A stretch of 64,000 nt of DNA from Myxococcales bacterium (GTDB taxonomy: Bacteria > Myxococcota_A > Polyangia > Polyangiales > DASUME01). Below, piece by piece: positions 1 to 12,692 of the stretch; position 1 is the first letter of the stretch; every line of letters begins with the position of its first letter. The stretch lies in NCBI GenBank assembly GCA_047601445.1, contig JASGJH010000001.1:6624001-6688000 (forward strand), given 5' to 3'. The notes under the pieces are model-generated. The model saw only the letters and a list, made by a program, of their open reading frames with translations. It made no database searches and had not been told where the DNA came from. The translations under genes and the position numbers were made by a program.

Positions 1-2
1 CC

Positions 3-1565
3 ACGCTCAAGGGCTTCTTGGAGCAGGTGGGCGTGGTGCCTCCCGAGATCGCCGTGGCCATCTGCATCGATCTCGCACACGGGCTCTCGGCCGCGCATGC
101 CCAGGGCATCATCCATCGCGACGTGAAGCCCGAAAACGTGCTCTTGCACGAGGCGCGTCAGGTGAAGCTCACCGACTTCGGCATCGCGGACATGCTGGAT
201 CCAAGCATGTCCGCCATGACCGCCACGGGCCAAATCCTCGGCTCCCCGGCGCACATGGCTCCGGAGCAAGTCGAGGGCGGTGACACCGACGCGCGCAGCG
301 ACATCTTCGCTCTCGGGACCATTCTCTACTGGCTCGCCACGGGAAGCCTGCCCTTTACCGGCAAAAACCCGCACCAGGTGCTCAAGCGCGTGGTGGACTG
401 CGCGCCCACGGACCCGCTGGTGCTGCGGTCGTCCATCGGCCGTGATCTGCGCGACATCATCCTGCGCTGCCTATCCAAGCAGCCGAGCGATCGCTATCCC
501 AGCGCCGAGCAGCTCGCGCTCGACCTCGAAAAGTACCTGAACGAGCTCGGCATCCCCGACGGCCATGCTCTGCTCGAAAGTTACCTGCGCGATCCCGGCG
601 CCGAGTCCAAGCGCCTCCATACGCAGGTCCTCGAAGCGCTCCTCGCCCAGGCCCGCAAGGCGGTCAGCGCGCGCGACCGTCCCCGCGCGATCGCCTTGCT
701 CGATCGCGTGCTCGCCCTCGAGGACGGCCATGCAGAAGGGCTGCGCCTGCTCGCGGCCCTCGACCGCGCCGCCAAGCGTCGCATTCTCGCGCGTGCGGCA
801 ATCGGGGCCCTGGCGGCATCGCTGGTGGCCACCCTTTGGGTCACGTTCGTGCCTCGCTCGGAGGGAACGGGCAATCGCGCCGCTGCCGCCGCGGGACGCG
901 AGCCGACCATGGGCCCCGGAGGAGCCACGGCCGCCACCAAGCCCCGCGAGACGGGCACGGCCCCCTTGGCCTCCGCCCCAGCGACGCGGGTCCCCGGCTC
1001 GAGCACCGCCCCCGAGACTTCACCGACGCCCACCCCGCCCAAGCGCTCGAGCTCACCCCGTGGCTCCCGCGAACGCCCGCAGGTGCCCGTCAGCGAGGCC
1101 ACCGGCCCGCGCACCGTGCGCTTCGATCCCGACCCCGCCAACGTGAGCATCAGCGTCGATGGCGAGCCAGCGCGCCATTTCGGCCCGTCGTTCCGCATGC
1201 TCGAGCTCGCTGCCGGCACCCACAGCTTCCGCTTCATCGGCGCCCACGATTGCTGCGAGGACCGCGTGGTCGAAGTCGATGTCCCGGCGGGGCCCGGGGA
1301 AACAGTGGTGGCTGCCAAACTGCCGTTCCGACCCGCGCGTGTCTACGTGGTGAGCGACGTACCTGCCGACGTCCAGATCGACGATGGAGCCGCGGTAGGG
1401 CGTTCACGCAGCCTGATCAACGTGCCCATCGAGCGTTCCTATATCGAAAGGCGCCGGATTTCCGTGACAGCTCCCGGTCACGAGGCCTATACAGGATCCA
1501 TTCAGCTGCGGGCGGGTCAGGTCACGCAGCTCGACGTGGTCCTCAAACCCAGTGCAGCTCCCTGA
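3..1565 (+). CDS. Hanks-type Ser/Thr protein kinase with TM segment, Pro-rich linker and PEGA-like C-terminus (5' end outside the window)
   Basis: HRDVKPEN, DFG and GSPAHMAPE kinase motifs; frame open from the window edge; hydrophobic segment AAIGALAASLVATLWVTFV. Confidence 0.92.
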   Translation, partial: TLKGFLEQVGVVPPEIAVAICIDLAHGLSAAHAQGIIHRDVKPENVLLHEARQVKLTDFGIADMLDPSMSAMTATGQILGSPAHMAPEQVEGGDTDARSDIFALGTILYWLATGSLPFTGKNPHQVLKRVVDCAPTDPLVLRSSIGRDLRDIILRCLSKQPSDRYPSAEQLALDLEKYLNELGIPDGHALLESYLRDPGAESKRLHTQVLEALLAQARKAVSARDRPRAIALLDRVLALEDGHAEGLRLLAALDRAAKRRILARAAIGALAASLVATLWVTFVPRSEGTGNRAAAAAGREPTMGPGGATAATKPRETGTAPLASAPATRVPGSSTAPETSPTPTPPKRSSSPRGSRERPQVPVSEATGPRTVRFDPDPANVSISVDGEPARHFGPSFRMLELAAGTHSFRFIGAHDCCEDRVVEVDVPAGPGETVVAAKLPFRPARVYVVSDVPADVQIDDGAAVGRSRSLINVPIERSYIERRRISVTAPGHEAYTGSIQLRAGQVTQLDVVLKPSAAP

Positions 1566-2523
1566 CTCGTTCATCGCCCAGCTCCTGACGCGCTCGCGCG
1601 TGCTCGCCGCTTCGCGTGCTTGGCTTGCTGTGTTCGCGCTGACGTTGAGCAGCCTGCTCTGGTTCGCGCCTCAGGCGGCCCGCGCGGACGACCTGGCGGA
1701 TTTCGAGGCCGCCCGCATGCTCTACGACCAGCAGAGCTATGCGCGCGCGGTCGACGCCTTCCGCCTTCTGGTGGGCTCGGAGCCGCCGCGCTTGTCGGAT
1801 CCGCTGCTGGTGCTCGAGTCCCGCAAATACCTGGCGGCGAGCCTGCTTTTCATGGGGGCCGAGGCCGAGGCACGCACCCAGTTCCGCCTCCTGCTCCAGC
1901 AGGAGCCGAGCTACGCGCTCGATCCGCTCGCCTTTCCCACTGAGGTGTTCACCCAGTTCGAGCAGGTAAAGCGGGCCCTACGTGAGGAGCAGGCCGACCG
2001 CATCCTCGCCGCCGAGCTGGCGCGGCGCCGGGCTCAGCAGGCGGTCCGGGAGGCCGAGCAGCGGCGCGTGGAGAGCCTTGCCCGTCTGCGCTCGCTGGCG
2101 ACCACCGGTGAAACCCGTGAGCGCAACAGCCGCTGGATCGCCACCGTGCCCTTCGGGGTGGGGCAATTTCAGAACGGCGACAAGGGCCTCGGGGTGGCCT
2201 TGGGGCTCCTGGAGGGCATCGCAGCCGCCGCTTCCGTGGTGAGCTACGTCGAGCACCAGCGGGTCGGCAACGAGCACCCCAACTCCGAGGACATCCACAC
2301 CACCCAGTCCATCGAGACGGCCTGGCGCACGGCCAACATCGCTTCCTTCAGCGTGTTCGTGGCCCTCGCCCTGATCGGCGTCGTCGATGCCCACGTGCGC
2401 TTCGTGCCCGAGCGCGTGAACTATTCGCCCCGCAAACTTCCGCCCGATCTCGACCGCTGGCTGCGCGAGCAGAGCAAATCGGGCCCCTCACTTTCGTCCG
2501 GCGGCCTCCAGCTTCGCTTTTGA
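1552..2523 (+). CDS. Secreted/membrane TPR-like protein
   Basis: Signal peptide ending AARA, helical TPR-like region, two hydrophobic segments, C-terminal LQLRF; overlaps the kinase stop. Confidence 0.7.
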   Translation: MQLPDSFIAQLLTRSRVLAASRAWLAVFALTLSSLLWFAPQAARADDLADFEAARMLYDQQSYARAVDAFRLLVGSEPPRLSDPLLVLESRKYLAASLLFMGAEAEARTQFRLLLQQEPSYALDPLAFPTEVFTQFEQVKRALREEQADRILAAELARRRAQQAVREAEQRRVESLARLRSLATTGETRERNSRWIATVPFGVGQFQNGDKGLGVALGLLEGIAAAASVVSYVEHQRVGNEHPNSEDIHTTQSIETAWRTANIASFSVFVALALIGVVDAHVRFVPERVNYSPRKLPPDLDRWLREQSKSGPSLSSGGLQLRF

Positions 2524-2654
2524 GCGCCCAGGCCAGCGCCTTCGCGGTCCTCTGAACGGATCGACAGCTCGCCTGATCGTTGCGGATTTTCGCGCACCTG
2601 CGGCGCGCGCGCCGGACGCGGTAGCAAGCCTGATCTGGGAAAGCCCGAGCGAGC

Positions 2655-2682
2655 TTGACAGGCATCCTTCGATCGCTAATCT
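2655..2682 (+). promoter_or_regulatory. Putative sigma70 promoter of the str operon
   Basis: TTGACA (2655-2660), 16-nt spacer, TAATCT (2677-2682), about 95 nt upstream of rpsL. Confidence 0.65.
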
Positions 2683-2777
2683 TCCGCCTCCCGATTGCCG
2701 GGGGTGCGCCGCTGTGCGCACGAAACGAGTCGCGCGCGGAGGAAACCGCGCATTCGACTCACCCAATTAGAGGAACG

Positions 2778-3176
2778 ATGCCGACTATTAACCAGCTGGT
2801 GCGCCACGGGCGCAAGGCACGCCGGTCCAAGACCGACTCGCCCGCCCTTCAAAACTCGCCGCAGAAGCGCGGCGTGTGTGTTCGCGTTTACACGACCACG
2901 CCCAAGAAGCCGAACTCCGCTCTGCGTAAGGTCGCGCGCGTCCGCCTCAGCAACGGCATCGAAGTCACCACGTACATCCCCGGCGAAGGCCACAACCTCC
3001 AGGAGCACTCGGTGGTGCTCATCCGTGGCGGTCGCGTGAAGGACCTTCCCGGTGTTCGCTATCACGTCGTGCGCGGTGCGCTCGACGCCTCGGGCGCTGC
3101 GGGCCCCTCCAACACGAACAAGGCGAGCCGCACGCAGGGCCGCTCCAAGTACGGCGTCAAGCGCCCGAAGAAGTGA
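2778..3176 (+). CDS. rpsL: 30S ribosomal protein S12
   Basis: [40 protein letters not shown]. Confidence 0.99.
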   Translation: MPTINQLVRHGRKARRSKTDSPALQNSPQKRGVCVRVYTTTPKKPNSALRKVARVRLSNGIEVTTYIPGEGHNLQEHSVVLIRGGRVKDLPGVRYHVVRGALDASGAAGPSNTNKASRTQGRSKYGVKRPKK

Positions 3177-3190
3177 GAAGGTAGAACGTC

Positions 3191-3661
3191 ATGCCGCGTC
3201 GCCGCGAAGTACCAAAGCGCAAGATCACGCCCGACCCCAAGTTCCGGGATCGCATGGTCGCCAAGTTCACCAACGTCGTGATGATCCAGGGCAAGAAGTC
3301 CACTGCCGAAGGCATCGTCTACGGCGCGTTCGACGTGATCCAGAGCCGCTACAAGGAGGACCCGCTCGAGGTCTTCCGCAAGGCGCTCGACTCCGTGAAG
3401 CCCCGCGTGGAAGTGAAGAGCCGTCGCGTCGGTGGCGCCACCTACCAGGTGCCCGTCGAAGTGCGCCCCGAGCGCCGCGTCGCCCTGGCCATGCGTTGGA
3501 TCAACAACTACGCGCGCGCCCGCGGCGAAAAGACCCAGACCGAGCGTCTCGCGGCCGAGCTGGTCGAAGCCGCCCAGGGTCGCGGTAACGCCGTGAAGAA
3601 GAAGGACGACACGCACAAGATGGCCGACGCCAACAAGGCGTTCGCCCACTACCGCTGGTGA
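3191..3661 (+). CDS. rpsG: 30S ribosomal protein S7
   Basis: MPRRR start, [21 protein letters not shown] end. Confidence 0.99.
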   Translation: MPRRREVPKRKITPDPKFRDRMVAKFTNVVMIQGKKSTAEGIVYGAFDVIQSRYKEDPLEVFRKALDSVKPRVEVKSRRVGGATYQVPVEVRPERRVALAMRWINNYARARGEKTQTERLAAELVEAAQGRGNAVKKKDDTHKMADANKAFAHYRW

Positions 3662-3665
3662 TCAC

Positions 3666-3699
3666 AGGCCGATCAGACTGATCGGCCTTGTTTGCTTTT
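3666..3699 (+). terminator. Hairpin plus U-rich tract after rpsG
   Basis: Perfect inverted repeat AGGCCGATCAG / CTGATCGGCCT followed by TGTTTGCTTTT. Confidence 0.55.
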
Positions 3700-3732
3700 G
3701 GAACTGCACTCTTCGGAGACCTAACCGACCAG

Positions 3733-3893
3733 ATGGCAAAGACCACATAGACGAATTCGTCGGGCTGCTCTCAGCCGAACCGAGAGCGAACAGCGGGCAA
3801 TAAGCCCCATTCAAGTAGCCGAATTCGAAGCCCTCCTCGATTAAGGAGCGACCCTAGGGTGGTCGCCGGGCTCGGGGAGGGTTTCTGTGTTTC
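3733..3893 (+). promoter_or_regulatory. Candidate structured leader/attenuator upstream of fusA
   Basis: Mini-ORF MAKTT* (3733-3750), nested stems, and a GAAGCCCTCCTCGA / TCGGGGAGGGTTTC stem followed by TGTGTTT. Confidence 0.4.
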
Positions 3894-3959
3894 CAGCACC
3901 TGGTTTTCCTGCTCTCGCCACTCGCCGCAATCGGCCGCCCTAGAAAGGAGTCCTCAGTC

Positions 3960-6068
3960 GTGTCCTTCCCCCTCGAACGCTACCGAAACATCGGAATCAT
4001 GGCGCACATCGATGCCGGTAAGACGACCACGACCGAGCGCATCCTCTATTACACGGGCGTCAACTACAAGATTGGCGAGGTCCACGACGGCGCCGCGACC
4101 ATGGACTACATGGTTCAGGAGCAGGAGCGAGGCATCACCATCACGTCCGCCGCCACCACGGCGTTCTGGACGGCGAACGGCGGACCTTTCGCGGGCGAGC
4201 AGCACCGCATCAACATCATCGACACCCCCGGGCACGTGGACTTCACCATCGAAGTCGAGCGTTCGCTGCGCGTGCTCGACGGCGCGGTCGCCGTGTTCGA
4301 CGGCGTGTCTGGCGTGGAGCCGCAGTCCGAGACCGTGTGGCGCCAGGCCGACCGCTACAAGGTCCCGCGCATGTGCTTCATCAACAAGATGGACCGCGCG
4401 GGTGCCAACTTCTGGCGCTCGGTGGACAGCATTCGCGACCGCCTCGGTGCGAACCCCGTGCCGGTGCAGATTCCGCTCGGTTCCGAAGAGACGCTCAAGG
4501 GCGTCATCGACCTGGTCAAGATGAAGGCCATCACCTTCGCGGACGATCAGCTCGGCTCCAAGTTCGAGGAAATCGAGATCCCGGAGGAGTTCCAGGTCGA
4601 GGCACGGAAGGCCCACGATCGTATGATCGAGGCCGCGGCCGAGGTCGACGAGTCCCTGATGGACCGCTTCCTCGAGGGCGACACCAAGTTCACGCCGAAC
4701 GAGATCCTGAGCGCACTGCGCAAGGGCACGCTGGCCCACAAGCTGGTCACCGTGGTGTGCGGCTCCGCCTTCAAGAACAAGGGCGTGCAGCAGCTGCTCG
4801 ACAACGTCGTGAACATGATGCCCTCGCCCATCGACATCCCACCGGTGGAAGGCGAGGACCCGGACAACCACGAGAAGAAGCTCACCCGCAAGGCGGACCG
4901 TGCGGCTCCCTTCGCGGCGCTCGTGTTCAAGATCCTCAACGACCCGTTCGTGGGCCAGCTGACCTTCCTGCGCGTCTACTCGGGCACGCTGTCGACGGGC
5001 ACCGCGGTGCTCAACAGCACCAAGGGCAAGCGCGAGCGCGTCGGTCGCCTGCTGCAGATGCACGCCAACAAGCGCGACGAGATCAAGATCGTCGAGGCGG
5101 GCGACATCGCGGCGGCCGTCGGCCTGCGTACGGCCACCACGGGCGACACCCTGTGCGAAGAGAAGCACGCCATCGTGCTCGAGCGCATGGTGTTCCCGGA
5201 GCCGGTCATCTCCATCGCCATCGAGCCCCGGACCACCAACGACCAGGCCAAGCTCTCCGAAGCCCTTGGAAAGCTCACCGCCGAGGACCCCTCCTTCCGC
5301 GTCAACACCGACGAGGAGACCGGCCAGACCTTGATCCGCGGCATGGGCGAGCTCCACCTCGAGATCATCGTCGACCGTCTGCGCCGCGAGTTCAAAGTCG
5401 AGTGCAACGTGGGCCGCCCCCAGGTGTCCTACCGCGAGTCCATCGACAAGAAGGTCAAGGCGGAGGGCAAGTACATCAAGCAGTCCGGCGGCCACGGCAT
5501 GTACGGCCACTGCTGGCTCGAGATCGAGCCTTCCGGCCCCGGCGCAGGCTTCGTTTTCGAGAACAAGATCGTGGGCGGGATCATTCCGAAGGAGTTCATC
5601 CCCTCCATCGAGAAGGGCGCGCGCGAGGCCCTCGGGCGCGGCGTGCTCGCCGGTTACCCCGTCATCGACGTGAAGGTGACCCTGATCGACGGCAGCTACC
5701 ACGACGTCGATTCCTCGGGTCCCGCCTACGAAATCGCCGCATCAATGGGCTTGCAAGACGGCGTAAAGCGCGCAGGATTGCACCTCCTCGAGCCGGTCAT
5801 GGCGGTCGAGGTCGTGTGCCCTGAGGGCAACATGGGCGACGTAATCGGTGATCTGAACAGCCGCCGCGGCCAGATCAATGGTATGAACCCGCGCGGCAAC
5901 ATGCAGGTGGTGACGGCAGAAGTCCCGCTCGCCACGATGTTCGGCTACTCCACGGACCTGCGCAGTAAGACCCAGGGACGTGCGACGTACACGATGCAGT
6001 TTGCGAAGTTCGAGGGAATGCCTCGGAACATCGAAGAAGAGATCATCGCGAAGGTCAGAGGCATTTGA
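3960..6068 (+). CDS. fusA: Elongation factor G
   Basis: [30 protein letters not shown] start with AAAGGAG RBS. Confidence 0.99.
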   Translation: MSFPLERYRNIGIMAHIDAGKTTTTERILYYTGVNYKIGEVHDGAATMDYMVQEQERGITITSAATTAFWTANGGPFAGEQHRINIIDTPGHVDFTIEVERSLRVLDGAVAVFDGVSGVEPQSETVWRQADRYKVPRMCFINKMDRAGANFWRSVDSIRDRLGANPVPVQIPLGSEETLKGVIDLVKMKAITFADDQLGSKFEEIEIPEEFQVEARKAHDRMIEAAAEVDESLMDRFLEGDTKFTPNEILSALRKGTLAHKLVTVVCGSAFKNKGVQQLLDNVVNMMPSPIDIPPVEGEDPDNHEKKLTRKADRAAPFAALVFKILNDPFVGQLTFLRVYSGTLSTGTAVLNSTKGKRERVGRLLQMHANKRDEIKIVEAGDIAAAVGLRTATTGDTLCEEKHAIVLERMVFPEPVISIAIEPRTTNDQAKLSEALGKLTAEDPSFRVNTDEETGQTLIRGMGELHLEIIVDRLRREFKVECNVGRPQVSYRESIDKKVKAEGKYIKQSGGHGMYGHCWLEIEPSGPGAGFVFENKIVGGIIPKEFIPSIEKGAREALGRGVLAGYPVIDVKVTLIDGSYHDVDSSGPAYEIAASMGLQDGVKRAGLHLLEPVMAVEVVCPEGNMGDVIGDLNSRRGQINGMNPRGNMQVVTAEVPLATMFGYSTDLRSKTQGRATYTMQFAKFEGMPRNIEEEIIAKVRGI

Positions 6069-6185
6069 GCAGCGCCAGGAGCTGCAACGCTCGCGGGCGG
6101 TAGAGCCCGCTTCGACGAAACCCCAGAAAAAAGCGGGCCTGAAACTAGACGGCACGCTCGAAACCAGGTTTAGGGAGACACGATC

Positions 6186-7376
<1,191 letters not shown>

Positions 7377-7380
7377 TCAG

Positions 7381-7692
<312 letters not shown>

Positions 7693-7752
7693 TGCGGGTG
7701 GGCGGATCCCTTCGGGGGCCGCTTTCCAGGCACTCGGTTCGGAGACGAGAGA

Positions 7753-8388
7753 ATGCCCAAGGTCAAGGTTTACAACTTGCGTCGCGAAGAATCCGGAGAG
7801 ATCGATCTCGCGGATGACGTCTTCGCCACGGAGGTCAACGAGGCGCTCCTTTACGATATCGTGAAGGCGCAGCTTGCCAGTCGTCGTGCCGGTACGGCCA
7901 AGACGAAGGGTCGCGCAGAGGTGCGTGGCTCGACGCGCAAGCTCTACAAGCAGAAGGGCACGGGTCGCTCGCGACACGGCTCCATTCGCGCCCAGCAGTA
8001 CGTGGGTGGTGGCAAGGCCCATGGCCCGCAGCCCCACAGCTTCGCGTACCGTCCCACGCGCAAGATGCGTCTGGGTGCTCTCAAAAGCGCCCTCTCGCTC
8101 AAGCTCGCCGAGGGGCAGCTGATCGTGGTGAGCGACCTCCAGCTCGCCGAGATCAAGACCAAGGGCTTGGCCACGGTGCTCGACGCGCTCAAGGTCTCTG
8201 CGAGCGCTCTGCTCGTCGACACCAACGCCAACGAGAACCTCAAGCTCTCCGCGCGCAACCTCGAGAATCACCAATACCTTCCGCCCGAAGGTGTCAACGT
8301 CTACGACCTCCTTCGCTTCGAGCACCTCGTGCTCACGAAGGACGCGGCGGCAGCGATCACGAAGCGCTGCAGCAGCGAGAACGACTGA
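7753..8388 (+). CDS. rplD: 50S ribosomal protein L4
   Basis: [22 protein letters not shown]. Confidence 0.98.
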   Translation: MPKVKVYNLRREESGEIDLADDVFATEVNEALLYDIVKAQLASRRAGTAKTKGRAEVRGSTRKLYKQKGTGRSRHGSIRAQQYVGGGKAHGPQPHSFAYRPTRKMRLGALKSALSLKLAEGQLIVVSDLQLAEIKTKGLATVLDALKVSASALLVDTNANENLKLSARNLENHQYLPPEGVNVYDLLRFEHLVLTKDAAAAITKRCSSEND

Positions 8389-8396
8389 GGACGGTC

Positions 8397-8687
8397 ATGC
8401 AGATCGAGAACATCATCAAGCGTCCGTTGCTGCTCACCGAGAAGGGAAACGTGTTGCGTGAGACGCAGCACCAGTACCTCTTCGAGGTCGACCGTCGCGC
8501 GAACAAGATTCAAATCCGAGAGGCCGTCGAGAGCCTCTTCAAAGTCACGGTGACCGACGTGCGCACGATGATCGTGCGTGGCCGCATGCGTCGCATGGGT
8601 CGCGGGTACGCCAAGACCAAGAACTGGAAGAAGGCGATCGTGGCCGTCAAGGAAGGCGACACGATTGAGTTCTTCGAGGGAGCCTGA
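8397..8687 (+). CDS. rplW: 50S ribosomal protein L23
   Basis: [24 protein letters not shown]. Confidence 0.98.
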   Translation: MQIENIIKRPLLLTEKGNVLRETQHQYLFEVDRRANKIQIREAVESLFKVTVTDVRTMIVRGRMRRMGRGYAKTKNWKKAIVAVKEGDTIEFFEGA

Positions 8688-8692
8688 TCGTC

Positions 8693-9523
8693 ATGGCTAT
8701 CAAAGCATTCAAGCCCCGCTCGCCCGCTCGTCGCTACTACGAGGTCGCTGATTTCAAGGCGCTCGATGGCAACGACAAGGTCGTCAAGAAGCTCACCGAG
8801 CACCAGTCCGATACGGCCGGCCGTAACAGCCAGGGTCGCATCACCTCGCGCTTCCGGGGCGGCGGCCACAAGCAGCGCTACCGCATCATCGACTTCAAGC
8901 GCAACAAGGTCGGCGTGCCGGCCAAGGTTGCCTCGCTCCAGTACGATCCGAACCGCACGGCTCGCATCGCGCTGCTCAACTACCTCGACGGCGAGAAGGC
9001 GTACATCCTGGCGCCCGACGGCCTCGCGGTGGGTGACACCATCGTTTCCTCGCGCAATGCCGACATCAAGCCCGGCAACGCGATGCCCCTGCGCTTCGTC
9101 CCGGTCGGCACCATGGTGCACGCCCTGGAGCTGAAGATCGGCAAGGGTGCCCAGCTCGTGCGCTCGGCTGGCGCCGCGGCCCAGCTGATGGCCAAGGACG
9201 GCGACTACGGCCAGGTTCGCCTGCCGTCTGGCGAGGTGCGCTTGGTTCACCTCAACTGCCGCGCCACCATCGGCCAGGTCTCGAACCTGGACCACTCCAA
9301 GATCTCGCATGGCAAGGCGGGTCGCTCTCGCTGGCTCGGTCGCCGCCCCCACAACCGCGGCGTTACCATGAACCCGGTCGACCACCCCATGGGTGGTGGT
9401 GAAGGCCGCACCTCGGGTGGTCGCCACCCCTGCTCGCCCTGGGGCCAGCTCGCCAAGGGCAAGAAGACCCGACACAACAAGCGCACTGACAGGTTCATCG
9501 TCAAGCGCCGTGGCTCGAAGTGA
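8693..9523 (+). CDS. rplB: 50S ribosomal protein L2
   Basis: [24 protein letters not shown]. Confidence 0.99.
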   Translation: MAIKAFKPRSPARRYYEVADFKALDGNDKVVKKLTEHQSDTAGRNSQGRITSRFRGGGHKQRYRIIDFKRNKVGVPAKVASLQYDPNRTARIALLNYLDGEKAYILAPDGLAVGDTIVSSRNADIKPGNAMPLRFVPVGTMVHALELKIGKGAQLVRSAGAAAQLMAKDGDYGQVRLPSGEVRLVHLNCRATIGQVSNLDHSKISHGKAGRSRWLGRRPHNRGVTMNPVDHPMGGGEGRTSGGRHPCSPWGQLAKGKKTRHNKRTDRFIVKRRGSK

Positions 9524-9537
9524 TCTCGGAGATCTAG

Positions 9538-9843
9538 ATGGCACGCTCAGTTAAAAAGGGTCCCTTCATCGACCACCACCTGATGGAAAAGGTGGAGTCG
9601 TCCCAAAAGTCCGGCGATCGCAAGCTGATCAAGACCTGGTCGCGGCGCTCCACCATCACGCCCGAGTTCATCGGGCTGACCTTCGCGGTCCACAATGGCC
9701 GCAAATTCGTGACGGTTTTCGTCACGGAGAACATGGTCGGACACAAGCTCGGTGAGTTTGCCCCGACGCGTACGTTCCACGGGCACGCCGCCGACAAGAA
9801 GGCCGCGAAGCCCAAGGTCAACCCCTCCACCGGCAAGCGCTGA
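9538..9843 (+). CDS. rpsS: 30S ribosomal protein S19
   Basis: [27 protein letters not shown]. Confidence 0.99.
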   Translation: MARSVKKGPFIDHHLMEKVESSQKSGDRKLIKTWSRRSTITPEFIGLTFAVHNGRKFVTVFVTENMVGHKLGEFAPTRTFHGHAADKKAAKPKVNPSTGKR

Positions 9844-9989
9844 TCGCTCACTTGATCCCTTCGGGACACGTGCTAGATCCGGCGCCTTCCCGCGTGGTTG
9901 GGGGCTAACCCCAAGTTTTCGTAGGAAGCGTCAGTCTCGCGCAAGCATCCGCTTGGACCTTGGCTGATAGAAAAAACGGGAAAACGTCC

Positions 9990-10340
9990 ATGGAATCGAC
10001 AGCGAAAGCACGCTTTCAGCGTATTTCCATCCGCAAGGCGCGGATGGTCTGCGATATGGTCCGCGGCAAGAACGCGGCCGTGGCCCTCGACGAGCTGCGC
10101 TTCACGAAGAAGGCGGCCTCGCCTCTCGTGGCCAAGCTGCTCGACAGCGCCATCGCGAACGCCAAGGTCAAGGACCAAAGCGTCGACCTCGATGACCTCT
10201 ATATCAAGACGATCCACGCGGATAAGGCCGGCGACCGCCACATGCGTCGCTGGCGTCCGCGTGCCCATGGGCGCGCCACGCGAGTCGCCAAGGGACTGAG
10301 CCACATCACGATCGTCCTCGATTCGCGAAAGGAAGCCTGA
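9990..10340 (+). CDS. rplV: 50S ribosomal protein L22
   Basis: RISIRKARMV, SAIANA, PRAHGRA, SHITI. Confidence 0.97.
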   Translation: MESTAKARFQRISIRKARMVCDMVRGKNAAVALDELRFTKKAASPLVAKLLDSAIANAKVKDQSVDLDDLYIKTIHADKAGDRHMRRWRPRAHGRATRVAKGLSHITIVLDSRKEA

Positions 10341-10343
10341 AAC

Positions 10344-11006
10344 ATGGGTCAGAAGACACATCCCCATGGATTCCGCTTGGGCGTGAACCGCTCCTGGGCA
10401 TCCAAGTGGTACGAAGACAAGAACTACGCGCTTTGGCTCCACGAGGACCAGAAGCTCCGTAAGGCGATCAAGAAGAAGTTCGCCCACGCGGGCATCGCCG
10501 GCATCGATATCGAGCGCGCTGCCAGCAAGGCCAAGGTGGTCATCCACACCTCGCGTCCCGGCATCATCATCGGCAAGCGCGGCGCCGGCGTCGACCAGCT
10601 CAAGGGCGAGCTCCAGAAGCTCACCCAGAACGAGCTGTTCATCGACATCCAGGAGATCCGCAAGGCCGAGACCAACGCCCAGCTCGTCGCCGAGAACATC
10701 GCGACCCAGCTCGAGCGTCGTGTGGCCTTCCGCCGCGCCATGAAGAAGGCGCTCCAGACCGCCATGAAGTTCGGTGCCAAGGGCGTCCGCGTGCGCACCT
10801 CGGGCCGTCTCGGCGGCGCTGAGATCGCCCGTACCGAGAGCTATCGCGAAGGTCGCGTGCCGCTCCACACCCTGCGTGCCGACATCGAGCTGGGCGAGGC
10901 CACGGCCTTTACCACCTACGGCACCATCGGCGTGAAGTGCTGGATCTTCAAGGGTGAAATCGTTCCACAACGCCGCCGCCAGAAGCTGCCGGCCCAGGCT
11001 CGCTGA
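10344..11006 (+). CDS. rpsC: 30S ribosomal protein S3
   Basis: [35 protein letters not shown]. Confidence 0.99.
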   Translation: MGQKTHPHGFRLGVNRSWASKWYEDKNYALWLHEDQKLRKAIKKKFAHAGIAGIDIERAASKAKVVIHTSRPGIIIGKRGAGVDQLKGELQKLTQNELFIDIQEIRKAETNAQLVAENIATQLERRVAFRRAMKKALQTAMKFGAKGVRVRTSGRLGGAEIARTESYREGRVPLHTLRADIELGEATAFTTYGTIGVKCWIFKGEIVPQRRRQKLPAQAR

Positions 11007-11015
11007 GGATATTTC

Positions 11016-11432
11016 ATGCTTTCCCCGAAACGCACCAAGTTCCGCAAGCAGTCGAAGGGCAAGAATCGCGGCCTTTCGTACAGCGCTTCTACCGTCGACT
11101 TCGGCGACTTCGGCCTCCAGGCGCTCGAGCCCGGCCGCATCAGCGCCCGTCAGATCGAAGCCGCTCGTATGGCGATCCAGCGCGCCACCAAGCGCCAGGG
11201 CAAGCTGCACATCCGCATCTTCCCCGACAAGCCCGTCACCAAGAAGCCCCTCGAGACTCGTATGGGTCACGGTAAGGGCAGCGTGGAAGAGTGGGTGGCC
11301 GTGGTGAAGCCCGGTCGCATGATGTACGAGCTCGAGGGCGTCAGCGAAGAGATGGCGCGCGAAGCGTTCAAGCTCGCCGGCATCAAGCTGCCCCTTCCCA
11401 CCAGGTTCATGAAGCGGGAGGCGCAGCTGTGA
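11016..11432 (+). CDS. rplP: 50S ribosomal protein L16
   Basis: [18 protein letters not shown]. Confidence 0.99.
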   Translation: MLSPKRTKFRKQSKGKNRGLSYSASTVDFGDFGLQALEPGRISARQIEAARMAIQRATKRQGKLHIRIFPDKPVTKKPLETRMGHGKGSVEEWVAVVKPGRMMYELEGVSEEMAREAFKLAGIKLPLPTRFMKREAQL

Positions 11433-11635
11433 AGGCCACCGAAGCACGCAAGCAGATCCGCGAGTTGAGCAGCGACGAGCTCAAGGCCAAGGCCACCGAG
11501 CTCAAGAGCGAACTCTTCAAAGCGAAGATCCAGAATCACACCAACCAGTTGGACTCCACGGCCAAGCTTCGCGGGCTGCGTCGTGAGATCGCTCGCATCA
11601 ACACCGTGTTGACGCAGCGTGAGGCGAAGTCATGA
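11429..11635 (+). CDS. rpmC: 50S ribosomal protein L29
   Basis: GTG start overlapping the rplP stop; [18 protein letters not shown]. Confidence 0.95.
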   Translation: MKATEARKQIRELSSDELKAKATELKSELFKAKIQNHTNQLDSTAKLRGLRREIARINTVLTQREAKS

Positions 11636-11946
11636 GCGAATCGAATCAGCAGGCCGAAGTCGTCGAGACCGAGAAGGAGCGCTTCAAGCGCCACCTGACC
11701 GGTCGCGTGGTGAACGACACCACGAAGCCCGGGCGCATGCAGAAGACCGTCGTGGTCGAGGTGGTTACCCGCTACCGCGATCCGGTCTACGGCAAATACG
11801 TGAAGAACCGTAAGCGCTTCCACGCTCACGACGAGAAAAACGAGTACCGCACGTCGGACCTCATCGAGATCCGCGAGAGCCGTCCTCTTTCCCGCACCAA
11901 GCGCTGGGTCGCCGTGCGTCTGCTCGAACGTCCTGAGGAGGTCTAA
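11632..11946 (+). CDS. rpsQ: 30S ribosomal protein S17
   Basis: [26 protein letters not shown]. Confidence 0.97.
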   Translation: MSESNQQAEVVETEKERFKRHLTGRVVNDTTKPGRMQKTVVVEVVTRYRDPVYGKYVKNRKRFHAHDEKNEYRTSDLIEIRESRPLSRTKRWVAVRLLERPEEV

Positions 11947-11948
11947 CC

Positions 11949-12317
11949 ATGATCCAGACCGAAACCAACCTGGACGTCGCCGACAATAGCGGAGCCCGCC
12001 GCGTGCAGTGCATCCGCGTGCTCGGTGGCTCGCAGCGTCGCTACGCCGGTCTCGGCGATGTGATCGTCGTGGCCGTGCAAGAGGCGCTTCCGAACGCCAA
12101 GGTCAAGAAGGGCGAGGTCGCGAAGGCGGTCGTAGTCCGTACGGCCCGCGAGTATCAGCGCCCGGACGGCACCTACATCAAGTTCGACACCAACAGCGCA
12201 GTGCTGATCAACGCTCAGAACGAGCCGATCGGGACGCGCATCTTCGGGCCGGTCGCACGCGAGCTGCGCGGCAAGAAGTTCATGAAGATCATTTCGCTCG
12301 CACCTGAGGTGGTGTGA
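11949..12317 (+). CDS. rplN: 50S ribosomal protein L14
   Basis: [27 protein letters not shown]. Confidence 0.99.
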   Translation: MIQTETNLDVADNSGARRVQCIRVLGGSQRRYAGLGDVIVVAVQEALPNAKVKKGEVAKAVVVRTAREYQRPDGTYIKFDTNSAVLINAQNEPIGTRIFGPVARELRGKKFMKIISLAPEVV

Positions 12318-12658
12318 TGGCCAGCAAGATCAAGAAGGGCGACAAGGTCGTCGTGATCTCCGGCGCACACAAGGGGACCGTCGGCACCGTGAGCCGCGTG
12401 CTTCCCGAGTTCAGCCAGGTCGTCGTCGAGGGCGTGAACCGCGTGAAGCGTCACATGAAGCCCACTCCCCGCATGCCCGAGGGCGGCATCGTGGAGAAGG
12501 ATCGCCCCATCCACGTGTCCAACGTGGCCCTGGTGGATCCCAAGACCGAGAAGGCCACTCGTGTGCGTTTCCAGGTCGATGCGAACGGCAAGAAGAGCCG
12601 CGTCGCGGTCAAGAGCGGCAGCGTGATCGCTGACGTCAAGGCGCAAGCTGCGGGCTGA
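12317..12658 (+). CDS. rplX: 50S ribosomal protein L24
   Basis: KIKKGDKVVVISG KOW motif, PIHVSNV. Confidence 0.98.
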   Translation: MASKIKKGDKVVVISGAHKGTVGTVSRVLPEFSQVVVEGVNRVKRHMKPTPRMPEGGIVEKDRPIHVSNVALVDPKTEKATRVRFQVDANGKKSRVAVKSGSVIADVKAQAAG

Positions 12659-12692
12659 GCTCCGGCTATCACCCGTAGATAAGGATTGAGCA

